Below, piece by piece: positions 9,964-21,616 of a stretch of 64,000 nt of DNA. The translations under genes and the position numbers were made by a program. Each line of letters starts with the position of its first letter. Positions within the stretch are counted from its first letter, which is position 1. The DNA lies in assembly GCA_949292205.1 (NCBI GenBank), contig CASEYR010000006.1:32016-96015 (forward strand), read 5' to 3'. The stretch comes from an uncultured Alphaproteobacteria bacterium. GTDB taxonomy: Bacteria; Pseudomonadota; Alphaproteobacteria; CAAHEQ01; UBA3637. The notes beneath the pieces were generated by a model, which searched no databases, was not told the origin of the DNA, and saw only the letters and a list, made by a program, of their open reading frames with translations.

Positions 9964-10725
9964 ATGAGGTACTTTTTTATACTCTTGTTATCTTTGGTTT
10001 GTGTCGGATGCGCTCATCGAAATCCCCTGTCCGATTTTCGGTTTCAGACGGTGACTGCACCACCATATATCTTGGCGTCGTGGTATCAAATTACTCAGCC
10101 CGGCGAGCCGATAAAAATCTATATTGAGGGAGATGGAAATGCCTTTGATTCCAACGGAGTTCCAACCGATAATCCAACACCGACCGGTGAGTTTATGCGC
10201 CGATTGGCCGCCGAAGATCCGTCCCCAAATGTGGCTTATCTGGGAAGACCGTGTCAGTATCTACAGGCCGGTGCTTGCTCGCAAAAAGATTGGACAACCG
10301 GACGCTTTTCTAATCAGGTCATTGATAGTATGGATCAATCCGTTCGCGCTTTGATGAAAAAAGCACGCACAAATCAAGTCATCTTAATCGGCTTTTCGGG
10401 TGGGGCTCAAGTCGCCGGTCTTATCGCCGTTCGGCATCCGAATCAGGTCAAACAAGTGATTACAATCGCCGGCGTTTTAGATGTCGATGCTTGGGCTGAT
10501 TATCATGGAGATCCAAAATTAGTGGACTCTTTAAATCTGAAAAATCAACAGGACTCTTTTTCGAAAATTCCTCAAATACATTATGCCGGCGGACGAGATG
10601 ATGTCGTTCCTGCTAAACTTATTCAGGATTTTGTTAAAGATGAAAATCTGGTCGTTGTCGTGCCAAAGGCATCGCATGGCAAGGGCTTTGATTCTATTTA
10701 TGATGCCCTTTATAAGGTTAGATAA
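9964..10725 (+). CDS. alpha/beta-hydrolase lipoprotein (esterase/lipase-like)
   Basis: Lipobox LVCVGC after Met at 9964 (ORF track starts at an upstream TTG); GFSGG nucleophile-elbow motif. Confidence 0.5.
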   Translation: MRYFFILLLSLVCVGCAHRNPLSDFRFQTVTAPPYILASWYQITQPGEPIKIYIEGDGNAFDSNGVPTDNPTPTGEFMRRLAAEDPSPNVAYLGRPCQYLQAGACSQKDWTTGRFSNQVIDSMDQSVRALMKKARTNQVILIGFSGGAQVAGLIAVRHPNQVKQVITIAGVLDVDAWADYHGDPKLVDSLNLKNQQDSFSKIPQIHYAGGRDDVVPAKLIQDFVKDENLVVVVPKASHGKGFDSIYDALYKVR

Positions 10726-11676
10726 ATGTCAAAAATATGGTTGTTAACAGATGATCGTATGGGAAATGTTAATCAGTTATTGGGGATTGCCGAGGCTTTG
10801 GAACAGCCTTTTGAACGACGCGATATTCGCTATACTTCTTGGGTGCGATTGCCGAATTTTTTGCGCGGAAAATCGTTAATCGGGGTTGATGAACAAACTA
10901 AACAGTCTTTGTTGCCTCCATGGCCCGATGTCGTTTTATCCGCCGGTCGTCGGTCTTATCCCGTTGCCAGATATATTCGCAAAAAATCCGGTGGTCAAAC
11001 GAAAATCGTTCAACTGATGAACCCTGGATCTGCCGGTTTTGGGGAGGCCGATATCGTTGTTTTGCCGGCTCATGATAATTATAACGGACGGACGGATAAT
11101 GTTCTGGTCGTAACGGGGGCGCCTCACCGTGTTACGGGGGCTAAATTAAAGGAGGCTCGTCAACAATGGAAGGATACGTTGGGGCAATATCCCTCTAAAC
11201 GTGTTTCTTTAATCGTTGGCGGTGCAACAAAAAATAGGCCTTTTACCAGTCAAATGGCTCGTCAATTGGTGGACGGCGTTAAGGCTTTGAATCCTCAGTC
11301 CGTTCTGGTTACAACCTCTAGACGAACCCCAAAAGAGGTTGTTGCTATTTTGAAACAAGAGCTATCACAACCTTGCTTTTTCTACCAGTTCGGTGATGCG
11401 GGTGATAATCCTTATTTCGGATTGCTGGCTTGGGCCGATGAAATTGTGGTTACCGGCGATTCAATGTCTATGTGCTCGGAATGCTGTGCTGTCGGTGTCC
11501 CCGTGTTTATTTTTGCTCCGAATGATATGATGAGCCCGAAACATAAACGTTTTCATCAAACACTCTATCGCGATGGGTATGCCGCACCGTTGGGGGCTGC
11601 AACCGTTTTTCCGAAAGGCAGTCTGAATCCTTCCTTTACTATCGCAGAAAAGATTTTGCAACATATTTCAAGATAG
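10726..11676 (+). CDS. ELM1/DUF1022 (COG3660) family protein, predicted nucleoside-diphospho-sugar transferase-like
   Basis: N-terminus MSKIWLLTDDRMGNVNQ and overall length typical of alphaproteobacterial ELM1-like proteins. Confidence 0.5.
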   Translation: MSKIWLLTDDRMGNVNQLLGIAEALEQPFERRDIRYTSWVRLPNFLRGKSLIGVDEQTKQSLLPPWPDVVLSAGRRSYPVARYIRKKSGGQTKIVQLMNPGSAGFGEADIVVLPAHDNYNGRTDNVLVVTGAPHRVTGAKLKEARQQWKDTLGQYPSKRVSLIVGGATKNRPFTSQMARQLVDGVKALNPQSVLVTTSRRTPKEVVAILKQELSQPCFFYQFGDAGDNPYFGLLAWADEIVVTGDSMSMCSECCAVGVPVFIFAPNDMMSPKHKRFHQTLYRDGYAAPLGAATVFPKGSLNPSFTIAEKILQHISR

Positions 11677-11716
11677 GGTTCTGAACTAAACTTGAATCAA
11701 TCCGACTGAATATAAA

Positions 11717-11741
11717 AAATACCCCGACCATGGGGTATTTG
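11717..11741 (-). terminator. rho-independent terminator downstream of tRNA-Ser
   Basis: On the minus strand: ATACCCC-atggtc-GGGGTAT followed by TTTTTATATT. Confidence 0.5.
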
Positions 11742-11743
11742 AA

Positions 11744-11834
11744 TGGCGGATGGGGCGAGATTCGAACTCGCGTTAGGCTTTAGACCTAAACACACTTTCC
11801 AGGCGTGCGCCTTCAACCACTCGGCCACCCATCC
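11744..11834 (-). tRNA. tRNA-Ser (anticodon GGA)
   Basis: Reverse complement folds as a class II tRNA: acceptor GGATGGG/CCCATCC, long variable arm, T-loop GTTCGAATC, anticodon loop CUGGAAA, encoded CCA. Confidence 0.9.
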
Positions 11835-11908
11835 AGTAAAGACAAAAACCTTATACTCTATTTTTTTCTGAAAATCAAGTCTTTTCTTTTGGGGTATATT
11901 AAAAAAAG

Positions 11909-12055
11909 GGACATTAAATTGTTACGCTTTTACCCTTACCATAAATCAAAAATCATTACAAGTCTTTTTTAAGATTTTTTTTATTTTTTGAGTTGCTTTT
12001 TAGATGATTACTTATTTCTTTATGACATCAACTTTAGCGTAACAATTTAATGTCC
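11909..12055. repeat. perfect 19-bp inverted repeats (GGACATTAAATTGTTACGC at 11909-11927; reverse complement at 12037-12055) bracketing a 109-bp AT-rich segment upstream of the Cys-rich pilin gene
   Basis: Exact reverse-complement match read directly from the sequence. Confidence 0.8.
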
Positions 12056-12067
12056 GTTAAATTGTTA
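12040..12067. promoter_or_regulatory. palindrome TAACAATTTAA-tgtccg-TTAAATTGTTA (11-bp arms) overlapping the right inverted repeat and the putative -10, 18 nt before the SD
   Basis: Exact palindrome; the same 11-mer also occurs at 11914-11924, so three copies within 160 bp. Confidence 0.45.
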
Positions 12068-12085
12068 TAGAAGAGGAGTCGATTA

Positions 12086-14149
12086 ATGAAAAGCAAATAC
12101 CATATGACATCTATTGATGTAGCGGAAGAGTCAGCAGAGTTAAATAAAAGATATACCCGAATAAAGAGAAGTAAAGAGAATGAATCGGGGCGAAGTATGG
12201 TCGAAATGCTGGGCGTTCTGGCCTTGATGGGTGTGTTGGCTATTGCTGGTGTTATGGGGTATCGATGGGCTATGGATAAGTATCGGGCAACGGATACCAT
12301 CAATGAAGTAAATCGGCGGGCAATTGTTCATTCCACTCAACTGATGTCATCAGGCGTTTTAAATGCTTCCGAGTTTCCCCTGGAAACACGTCAAGGATAT
12401 GGCACAGAGGCAACTCTGCTGACCGGAAATCAAACGGGTTATTTTGAAATTTCTCTGACAGACGTTCCTGGTGGGGTGTGTCGCGAGATATTAAAATCCG
12501 ACTGGGTATGGCCGGTCATGAAGAAAGCCAACGGAATAGACTATACAGGCAATGCTGATATTTGTCGAACCGATACAGGCGTGCGAATGGTATTTGTATT
12601 TTCCAGTGATTTAAGCGGAAAGTCAGCAGACTTCAGACAACGTTGTCAAAAAGATGATGATTGTCGGAGTGCTTGCGGTGTCTGTGACAACGGATATTGC
12701 AGCAGTCAATGTCGAGAGGGAGAGACATGTGGACGAACCTATGATAATTCGGAATTTTATGCGTGTTGTTCAAACGATAAAGTCCTGAACGGCGTATGCT
12801 GTCCGACGATTATGAACGGACAATGTTGTGCCAGTATCGGCAGTTGTTGTCCTGCGGATAAGCCGTTAATGGACAAGGACGGGAACTGTCATACCTGTGA
12901 TGAGGAAGGCTCTGTCAATGTTACGGGCAATACGGTGATGTGTGGTATTTGCGACGGGCAGGACGGCCGAACGAAACGGGAGTTAAACGGAAATACATGT
13001 GTCTTGCCATGTCCTCCGGAAACACCTTTGATGGATAGAGATGGTAACTGTCATCGGTGTGATGAAGATTCTATTCAAATCACCGTTGCTAATAAATCAA
13101 AGTGTGATGTTTGTCCGGATAGAAATTATTGGGGACCAGGTGCACGATGTGAATTACCTTGTGGCATAAATTCATTTTTAGGAACTTACTCTAATTTGCC
13201 TTGTAATCCCTGTACGACAACAGACGCTATTAATATCACATATCGTTCCGCTGAAGAATGTATAACAAAATGTGATGGTAGCTCTCCAGATCGACCAAAG
13301 CGAATAGATATTTCGGCTGGGGCAGGATTGGCAACACACTTTTGTGCTTTGGCTTCTTGTCCTAAGGATAAACCGATACGTTCATCAAGTGGAACATGTT
13401 ATGCCTGTGGCGTTCGAACTGTAAATGTAACAGGATTTGAGCAAACATGTTTTTCATGTCCGGGCTATGTTTTAAGAGGGAAAATATGTACGAACACAGG
13501 GTGTCCAACAGGATCTCAAGCTAATGAAGAAGGGCGTTGTGTGTGTGATGACTCGACACAGGTGCAGGATTCAAGTGGAAATTGTTATCCCTGTGATTCG
13601 GGTACGATTATTGATGTAACGGGAGTTTCCGAAAACTGTGATGTGTGTCAAGGGAGGCGTGTTACCAAGGTTTTTTACCCAAGTGTTACAAAATGTATGA
13701 AGCCGTGTGCAGATGATGAGTTCTATACTGGTGAGGGATGTCGCAAATGTAATGATACGGCTGTCATAAGTATGTATGATGATGCTGAGTATTGTTTATA
13801 CTGTGATGGGCAAGAGGGACGTGCACAACGCGTATGCGTCCCAGGGGCGTGTCATGCTTGTGCGTTGGTGTGCTCTTCGGGTATGACGATGGCAGGAGAC
13901 GGCACGTGTCATACATGTGATGAAGTGGAACCGTTTAGTGTGTCAAACGGTATGACAGCCAGCTGTAATACTTTTTGTGCCGGAAAGAGATATCTGGTCG
14001 GAACGATGTGTTATAAGTGTCCGCCGGATACATACAGTCCCGATGCAAAACAATGTATTCAATGTCCTTATAACAATATGGAAACGCTAACACGAGAAGC
14101 TGATTGTCAGGCTTGTGGTGGTTCGTGGGACGGAACAACGTGTCAATAA
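12086..14149 (+). CDS. modular type IV pilin-like protein: class III (prepilin) signal peptide plus pilin-like head domain plus about 500-aa cysteine-rich tandem-repeat module
   Basis: AGAGGAG SD 7 nt upstream; 35-aa leader ending ...ENESG, then RSMVE with Glu at +5 and a 20-residue hydrophobic helix; Cys132/Cys160 fit a pilin D-region loop; residues 187-687 carry about 66 Cys with at least 5 repeats of about 35 aa (P-x-[DE]-[KT]-P-[LI]-x-D-x-D-G-N-C-H-x-C-D-E-x6-V-T-G-x4-C-x-x-C). Confidence 0.65.
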   Translation: MKSKYHMTSIDVAEESAELNKRYTRIKRSKENESGRSMVEMLGVLALMGVLAIAGVMGYRWAMDKYRATDTINEVNRRAIVHSTQLMSSGVLNASEFPLETRQGYGTEATLLTGNQTGYFEISLTDVPGGVCREILKSDWVWPVMKKANGIDYTGNADICRTDTGVRMVFVFSSDLSGKSADFRQRCQKDDDCRSACGVCDNGYCSSQCREGETCGRTYDNSEFYACCSNDKVLNGVCCPTIMNGQCCASIGSCCPADKPLMDKDGNCHTCDEEGSVNVTGNTVMCGICDGQDGRTKRELNGNTCVLPCPPETPLMDRDGNCHRCDEDSIQITVANKSKCDVCPDRNYWGPGARCELPCGINSFLGTYSNLPCNPCTTTDAINITYRSAEECITKCDGSSPDRPKRIDISAGAGLATHFCALASCPKDKPIRSSSGTCYACGVRTVNVTGFEQTCFSCPGYVLRGKICTNTGCPTGSQANEEGRCVCDDSTQVQDSSGNCYPCDSGTIIDVTGVSENCDVCQGRRVTKVFYPSVTKCMKPCADDEFYTGEGCRKCNDTAVISMYDDAEYCLYCDGQEGRAQRVCVPGACHACALVCSSGMTMAGDGTCHTCDEVEPFSVSNGMTASCNTFCAGKRYLVGTMCYKCPPDTYSPDAKQCIQCPYNNMETLTREADCQACGGSWDGTTCQ

Positions 14150-14180
14150 AAAAAAGAGCCGAAAGTTATTTCGGCTCTTT
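14148..14180. terminator. bidirectional terminator between convergent Cys-rich pilin gene and Lon-like protease gene
   Basis: AGAGCCGAAA-gtta-TTTCGGCTCT hairpin flanked by an A-run and a T-rich tail. Confidence 0.55.
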
Positions 14181-14193
14181 CATCTTTAGAGGA

Positions 14194-16587
14194 TTATTTG
14201 CGTTTATCCGGCGTACCTGCTTTTTGGGATTGCTTGAAAAACTGTGCTAAGCGTGCTTCAATCTTTCCGTTGATTGAGCCACTTGTCCAACGTCCGTTCT
14301 TATCCCTTTTGCCGGCTTTGTGGCCCGTCAGAATTTCCATGCCCTCGTCAATCGTTCGGACGGCATATAGGTGAAATAATCCTTTTTCAACCGCTTCAAC
14401 AACCTCCGGTCGTAACATCAGATTTTGAATGCTTGTCGCCGGAATGATAACGCCTTGGTCGCCGGTTAATCCGTTTTGTTTACAGACTTCAAAAAATCCC
14501 TCTATCTTTTCATTGACGGCTCCGACAGCTTGAACTTCTCCCAGCTGGTTAACCGAACCCGTAACCGCCAGAGATTGACTGAGCGGAATATCGGCAATCG
14601 CCGATAATAAACAATACAACTCTGCCGTCGATGCCGAATCTCCGTCTACTTCGCTATACGATTGTTCAAACACTAAACTGGCATCCAAAGACAACGGTGT
14701 GTGTTGTGCAAAGCGGGATGCTAAAAAGGAGGATAAAATTAACACGCCTTTTGTGTGAATCGGTCCGCCTAATTCAACTTCTCGCTCTATGTCAACAAAA
14801 TCACCGTGTCCCAGACGAATCTGGCACGTAACACGATTGGGGCGACCAAATGAGTAAATGCCGTAATCATGAACGACTAATGCATTGATTTGACCGACCT
14901 TGTGTCCGTCCGTATCTATGGCAATAATGCCTCGACGAATGGCTGTCAATAACTCTGTTTGAGCGTTCCCAAATCGCTTGCGTCGTTCGGCCAGGGCTTC
15001 CTCTATATGTGTCACATCAACAAATTTTGATTTTTGTGTGACGGCAATATAGTTGGCTTCCCTCATTAAATCGTTAACGTGAACTAAATAAGTGCTGAGC
15101 CGTTCTTGGTCGGTTGCCCAGCGAGAGGCTTGCTCAATCATACGCCGAATCGCCGGTGCCGAAAACGGACGGAGGCGTTCCGAACGAATGAAATTGGCCA
15201 GTAGTTGTGCATAGGCTCGCTCGGTTTGGGGTGTCCGCTCCATCTTTTCCGAAAAACGAGACTGTATTTTAAATAACTCACCAAACTCATCATCCTGTCC
15301 CGCCAAAGCGTAATAGAGAGAGGGCTCCCCGATTAAAACGACTTTGACAGACAGGGGAATCGGAGTCGGGTCTTGTGAAATAACGCCGAAAACAGAGTTG
15401 TCGTCAATGCCTGACTCCATCTTTATTTTCTTGGAAAACAGGCACCGTTTTAAAGCATTCCATGTCGACGGATTATCTAATAAATCTCGTGCTTCAATGA
15501 CTAAATACCCACCGTTTGCCAGATGAAGAGCTCCCGGACGAATCAAAGAAAAGTCCGTCATGAGTGAGCCTTGCAGCTGAATCCGCTCTATCTTTCCCAA
15601 CAAATTTGACAGCGTCGGATGGTTGACGTGAATAACCGGTGCCCCTTCGTCTGCTTTGTGACTGACGATTAAATTGACGGCGTAACGTGACCATAATGCG
15701 GCACTTTTATCAAAGTTTGTTTCTTCTGCTCCGTCCGTGTCCGGAATTAAAACTGAAACGTTATCTAACAGGCTTTGGCGAATACCGTCTAAAAATGCTT
15801 TGGCACCACTGTGCTTGGCATAACTTTTATTCAAATTCTTCATAACGGCATCAATCGTTCGGGAAGCTAATGAGATATTTAAATTATTTACCTCTTCTTG
15901 TTGATCGACTTCAAAAGACGGTGTATCACGGATCGCTTTTTCCAGTTTTGTTTGAGCCGTTTTCATTTGCTCTAAAATAGACTTGCGTTCCGGCTTTGGC
16001 AGGTTGTTGAAAACCTCCGGTGTTAAAACCTCGCCGTTCTTGGTGGGTGCAACAACAACCCCTTCGGGCATATGCATTAACGTCACATTTTCGCTTTGAA
16101 CCAATTTCTGAAGCGATGTGAAAAAGGCTTCTTTTGCAGCACGATACTTTTGATCAATCCGAGCGATTTTTATCTTATACGTTTCATCCGAAAAAACAGC
16201 ATTTAACTGCGTCTTGAGTGATGTGGCTAATTTTTTGATGTCCCGCTCAAAAATACGCCCTTTCCCTGCCGGAAAGTTAATGGCTTTCGGTTGATGCGGT
16301 GTATCAAAATTATGAACAAAGCACCAATCGTCCGGCGTCTTTTGCGTGGCTGCGTATTGTCGGATAACGGCTAATGATAAACTGGTTCGTCCGACCCCTT
16401 TCGGTCCCGTGCAAAAAATATTATATCCGTTCGCCTGCATTCGAATGCCGAAAGAAATAGCCTCTAGTGCTTGCTCTTGCCCGATGATGAGCGATTCATC
16501 GGACAGGGTTGTTAGGTCTTCGTCCGTTAATTGTGAGGGTGCATAAATCTGAGAAACTGTTAATTCATTTTCTGTGTGTTTTGACAT
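14194..16587 (-). CDS. Lon-like ATP-dependent protease (AAA+ ATPase plus C-terminal S16 peptidase domain; COG1067/LonB-like)
   Basis: 797 aa; Walker A TGPKGVGRTS; C-terminal LAVTGSVNQLGEVQAVGAVNEKIEGF, a Lon catalytic-Ser region; no LonA N-domain. Confidence 0.68.
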   Translation of the reverse strand: MSKHTENELTVSQIYAPSQLTDEDLTTLSDESLIIGQEQALEAISFGIRMQANGYNIFCTGPKGVGRTSLSLAVIRQYAATQKTPDDWCFVHNFDTPHQPKAINFPAGKGRIFERDIKKLATSLKTQLNAVFSDETYKIKIARIDQKYRAAKEAFFTSLQKLVQSENVTLMHMPEGVVVAPTKNGEVLTPEVFNNLPKPERKSILEQMKTAQTKLEKAIRDTPSFEVDQQEEVNNLNISLASRTIDAVMKNLNKSYAKHSGAKAFLDGIRQSLLDNVSVLIPDTDGAEETNFDKSAALWSRYAVNLIVSHKADEGAPVIHVNHPTLSNLLGKIERIQLQGSLMTDFSLIRPGALHLANGGYLVIEARDLLDNPSTWNALKRCLFSKKIKMESGIDDNSVFGVISQDPTPIPLSVKVVLIGEPSLYYALAGQDDEFGELFKIQSRFSEKMERTPQTERAYAQLLANFIRSERLRPFSAPAIRRMIEQASRWATDQERLSTYLVHVNDLMREANYIAVTQKSKFVDVTHIEEALAERRKRFGNAQTELLTAIRRGIIAIDTDGHKVGQINALVVHDYGIYSFGRPNRVTCQIRLGHGDFVDIEREVELGGPIHTKGVLILSSFLASRFAQHTPLSLDASLVFEQSYSEVDGDSASTAELYCLLSAIADIPLSQSLAVTGSVNQLGEVQAVGAVNEKIEGFFEVCKQNGLTGDQGVIIPATSIQNLMLRPEVVEAVEKGLFHLYAVRTIDEGMEILTGHKAGKRDKNGRWTSGSINGKIEARLAQFFKQSQKAGTPDKRK

Positions 16588-16722
16588 TTCAATTCCTTAT
16601 TCTTACGTATCATTTCCTATTTATACTCATTTTTAAATTAAAAAAAAAGAAAATAGTTTCGAAATGTGAAAAAAAAGTGTTTTGGGGAGCATATTTTTCT
16701 TTTATTCGGAGAGATTTTCGGG

Positions 16723-16728
16723 TATAAT
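16723..16728 (+). promoter_or_regulatory. putative -10 element (TATAAT) upstream of dnaN
   Basis: GGGTATAAT 40 nt upstream of the dnaN start; the -35 is weak. Confidence 0.3.
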
Positions 16729-16767
16729 TTGAGCTAGTTTTTAACAGTGTAAAAAGGAATATATAAA

Positions 16768-17883
16768 ATGATTAAATTAACGATTGAAAGAGCCCAATTA
16801 TTAAAGGCTTTATCTCATACTCAAAGCATTGTGGAACGTCGTCAGACAATCCCTATTTTATCAAATGTATTGATTGAATCGGTTGAGGGGGCAATCGTTA
16901 TTCGGGCAACTGATAATGAAATTGAAATTATGGAAAAAGTCCCCGCCGTTATCGAGGAAAGCGGGGCTGTGACAGTGCCGGCTCATAAATTATACGATAT
17001 CGTTAAACGCTTGCCGGATGGCGTTCAGGTATCTATGAGTGTTTCCGGTGAATCCGGTCAATTATCGTTGACCTCCGGTCGGTCAAAGTTTGCTTTGGCT
17101 GTTTTGCCCGCTGATGGCTTTCCGACAATGGTTCAGGAAAATATGCCGTTCTCGTTTGATGTTTCCGGTGCTGATTTGTTGGGCTTGATTAACAAAACCG
17201 GATTCGCAGCTTCTATGGAAGAAACACGTTATAACTTAAACGGTATTTATTTGCATGAAAAAGAAGGTGACACTTCTTTCCTGACCGCTGTCGCAACGGA
17301 CGGTCATCGATTGGCTTGTGCTAAAATGATCTTGCCGGAGGGCGCAAAAGGAATGCCGGGTGTTATTATTCCGCGTAAAACAATCGGGGAAATTTCTAAA
17401 TTGGCTGCCGAAACCGAGGGGAGTGTTTCCGTTTCGTTGTCCGCTAATCAAATTCGCTTTAAGTTGGGTGATGTCGTTTTGGCTTCTCGCTTAATTGACG
17501 GAACTTACCCCGAATATGAAAAAGTTATACCTGTCGCAAATGATAAAGTGGTTGAGGCTGATGCCACCGTTTTGGCCGGTGTTATTGAACGCGTGTCGGT
17601 CGTTTCCGAAAAATCAAGAGGAATTAAATTGAGCTTGTCACAAAACCTGTTGCGTGTGACTGCTGCTTCGGCAGATGAAGGCTCCGCCGAAGATGAAATG
17701 GATGCCGCTTATGCCGGTGAGGAAATGGAAATCGGATTTAATTTTAGATACTTGCTGGATATATTGGCTCAGGTTAAAGGCGGAACGGTTCGTATCAGCT
17801 TGAATGATAATATCTCGCCCGTCGTGTTGCGGGATACAGCCGATGAAAACGCTTTGTACGTTTTGATGCCGATGCGGGTGTAA
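16768..17883 (+). CDS. dnaN: DNA polymerase III beta sliding clamp
   Basis: 371 aa; typical DnaN N-terminus MIKLTIERAQLLKAL; three-domain length. Confidence 0.9.
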   Translation: MIKLTIERAQLLKALSHTQSIVERRQTIPILSNVLIESVEGAIVIRATDNEIEIMEKVPAVIEESGAVTVPAHKLYDIVKRLPDGVQVSMSVSGESGQLSLTSGRSKFALAVLPADGFPTMVQENMPFSFDVSGADLLGLINKTGFAASMEETRYNLNGIYLHEKEGDTSFLTAVATDGHRLACAKMILPEGAKGMPGVIIPRKTIGEISKLAAETEGSVSVSLSANQIRFKLGDVVLASRLIDGTYPEYEKVIPVANDKVVEADATVLAGVIERVSVVSEKSRGIKLSLSQNLLRVTAASADEGSAEDEMDAAYAGEEMEIGFNFRYLLDILAQVKGGTVRISLNDNISPVVLRDTADENALYVLMPMRV

Positions 17884-17885
17884 TT

Positions 17886-21477
<3,592 letters not shown>

Positions 21478-21582
21478 TATGTGTTTTATCCGACAACACG
21501 CCTTGTTTCAAGGCATGTTTGTCATATCCTAAACGTATTTGCCCGAAAATATAAACCTTTTTAAAATTATTTTTAAAATAAC

Positions 21583-21611
21583 TTGACTTTAAAATATAAC
21601 ATCTGTATACT
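21583..21611 (+). promoter_or_regulatory. strong sigma70-type promoter (TTGACT - 17 nt - TATACT)
   Basis: -35 TTGACT at 21583-21588, 17-nt spacer, -10 TATACT at 21606-21611. Confidence 0.6.
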
Positions 21612-21616
21612 TTCGT

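Noticed and set aside
14194-16587. The Lon-like protease considered as BrxL of a BREX defence system
   Set aside because: No brxA/B/C, pglX or pglZ genes or other defence genes adjacent; a stand-alone COG1067 Lon-like protease is the simpler reading.
11744-16587. The tRNA-Ser to Lon segment as a classic genomic island
   Set aside because: tRNA adjacency and the unusual pilin gene are suggestive, but I see no integrase, no direct repeat of the tRNA 3' end, and no obvious compositional break by eye, so the island call is unsupported.
16588-16767. Replication origin (DnaA boxes) upstream of dnaN
   Set aside because: No TTATCCACA-like boxes visible and dnaA is not adjacent; probably just the dnaN promoter region.
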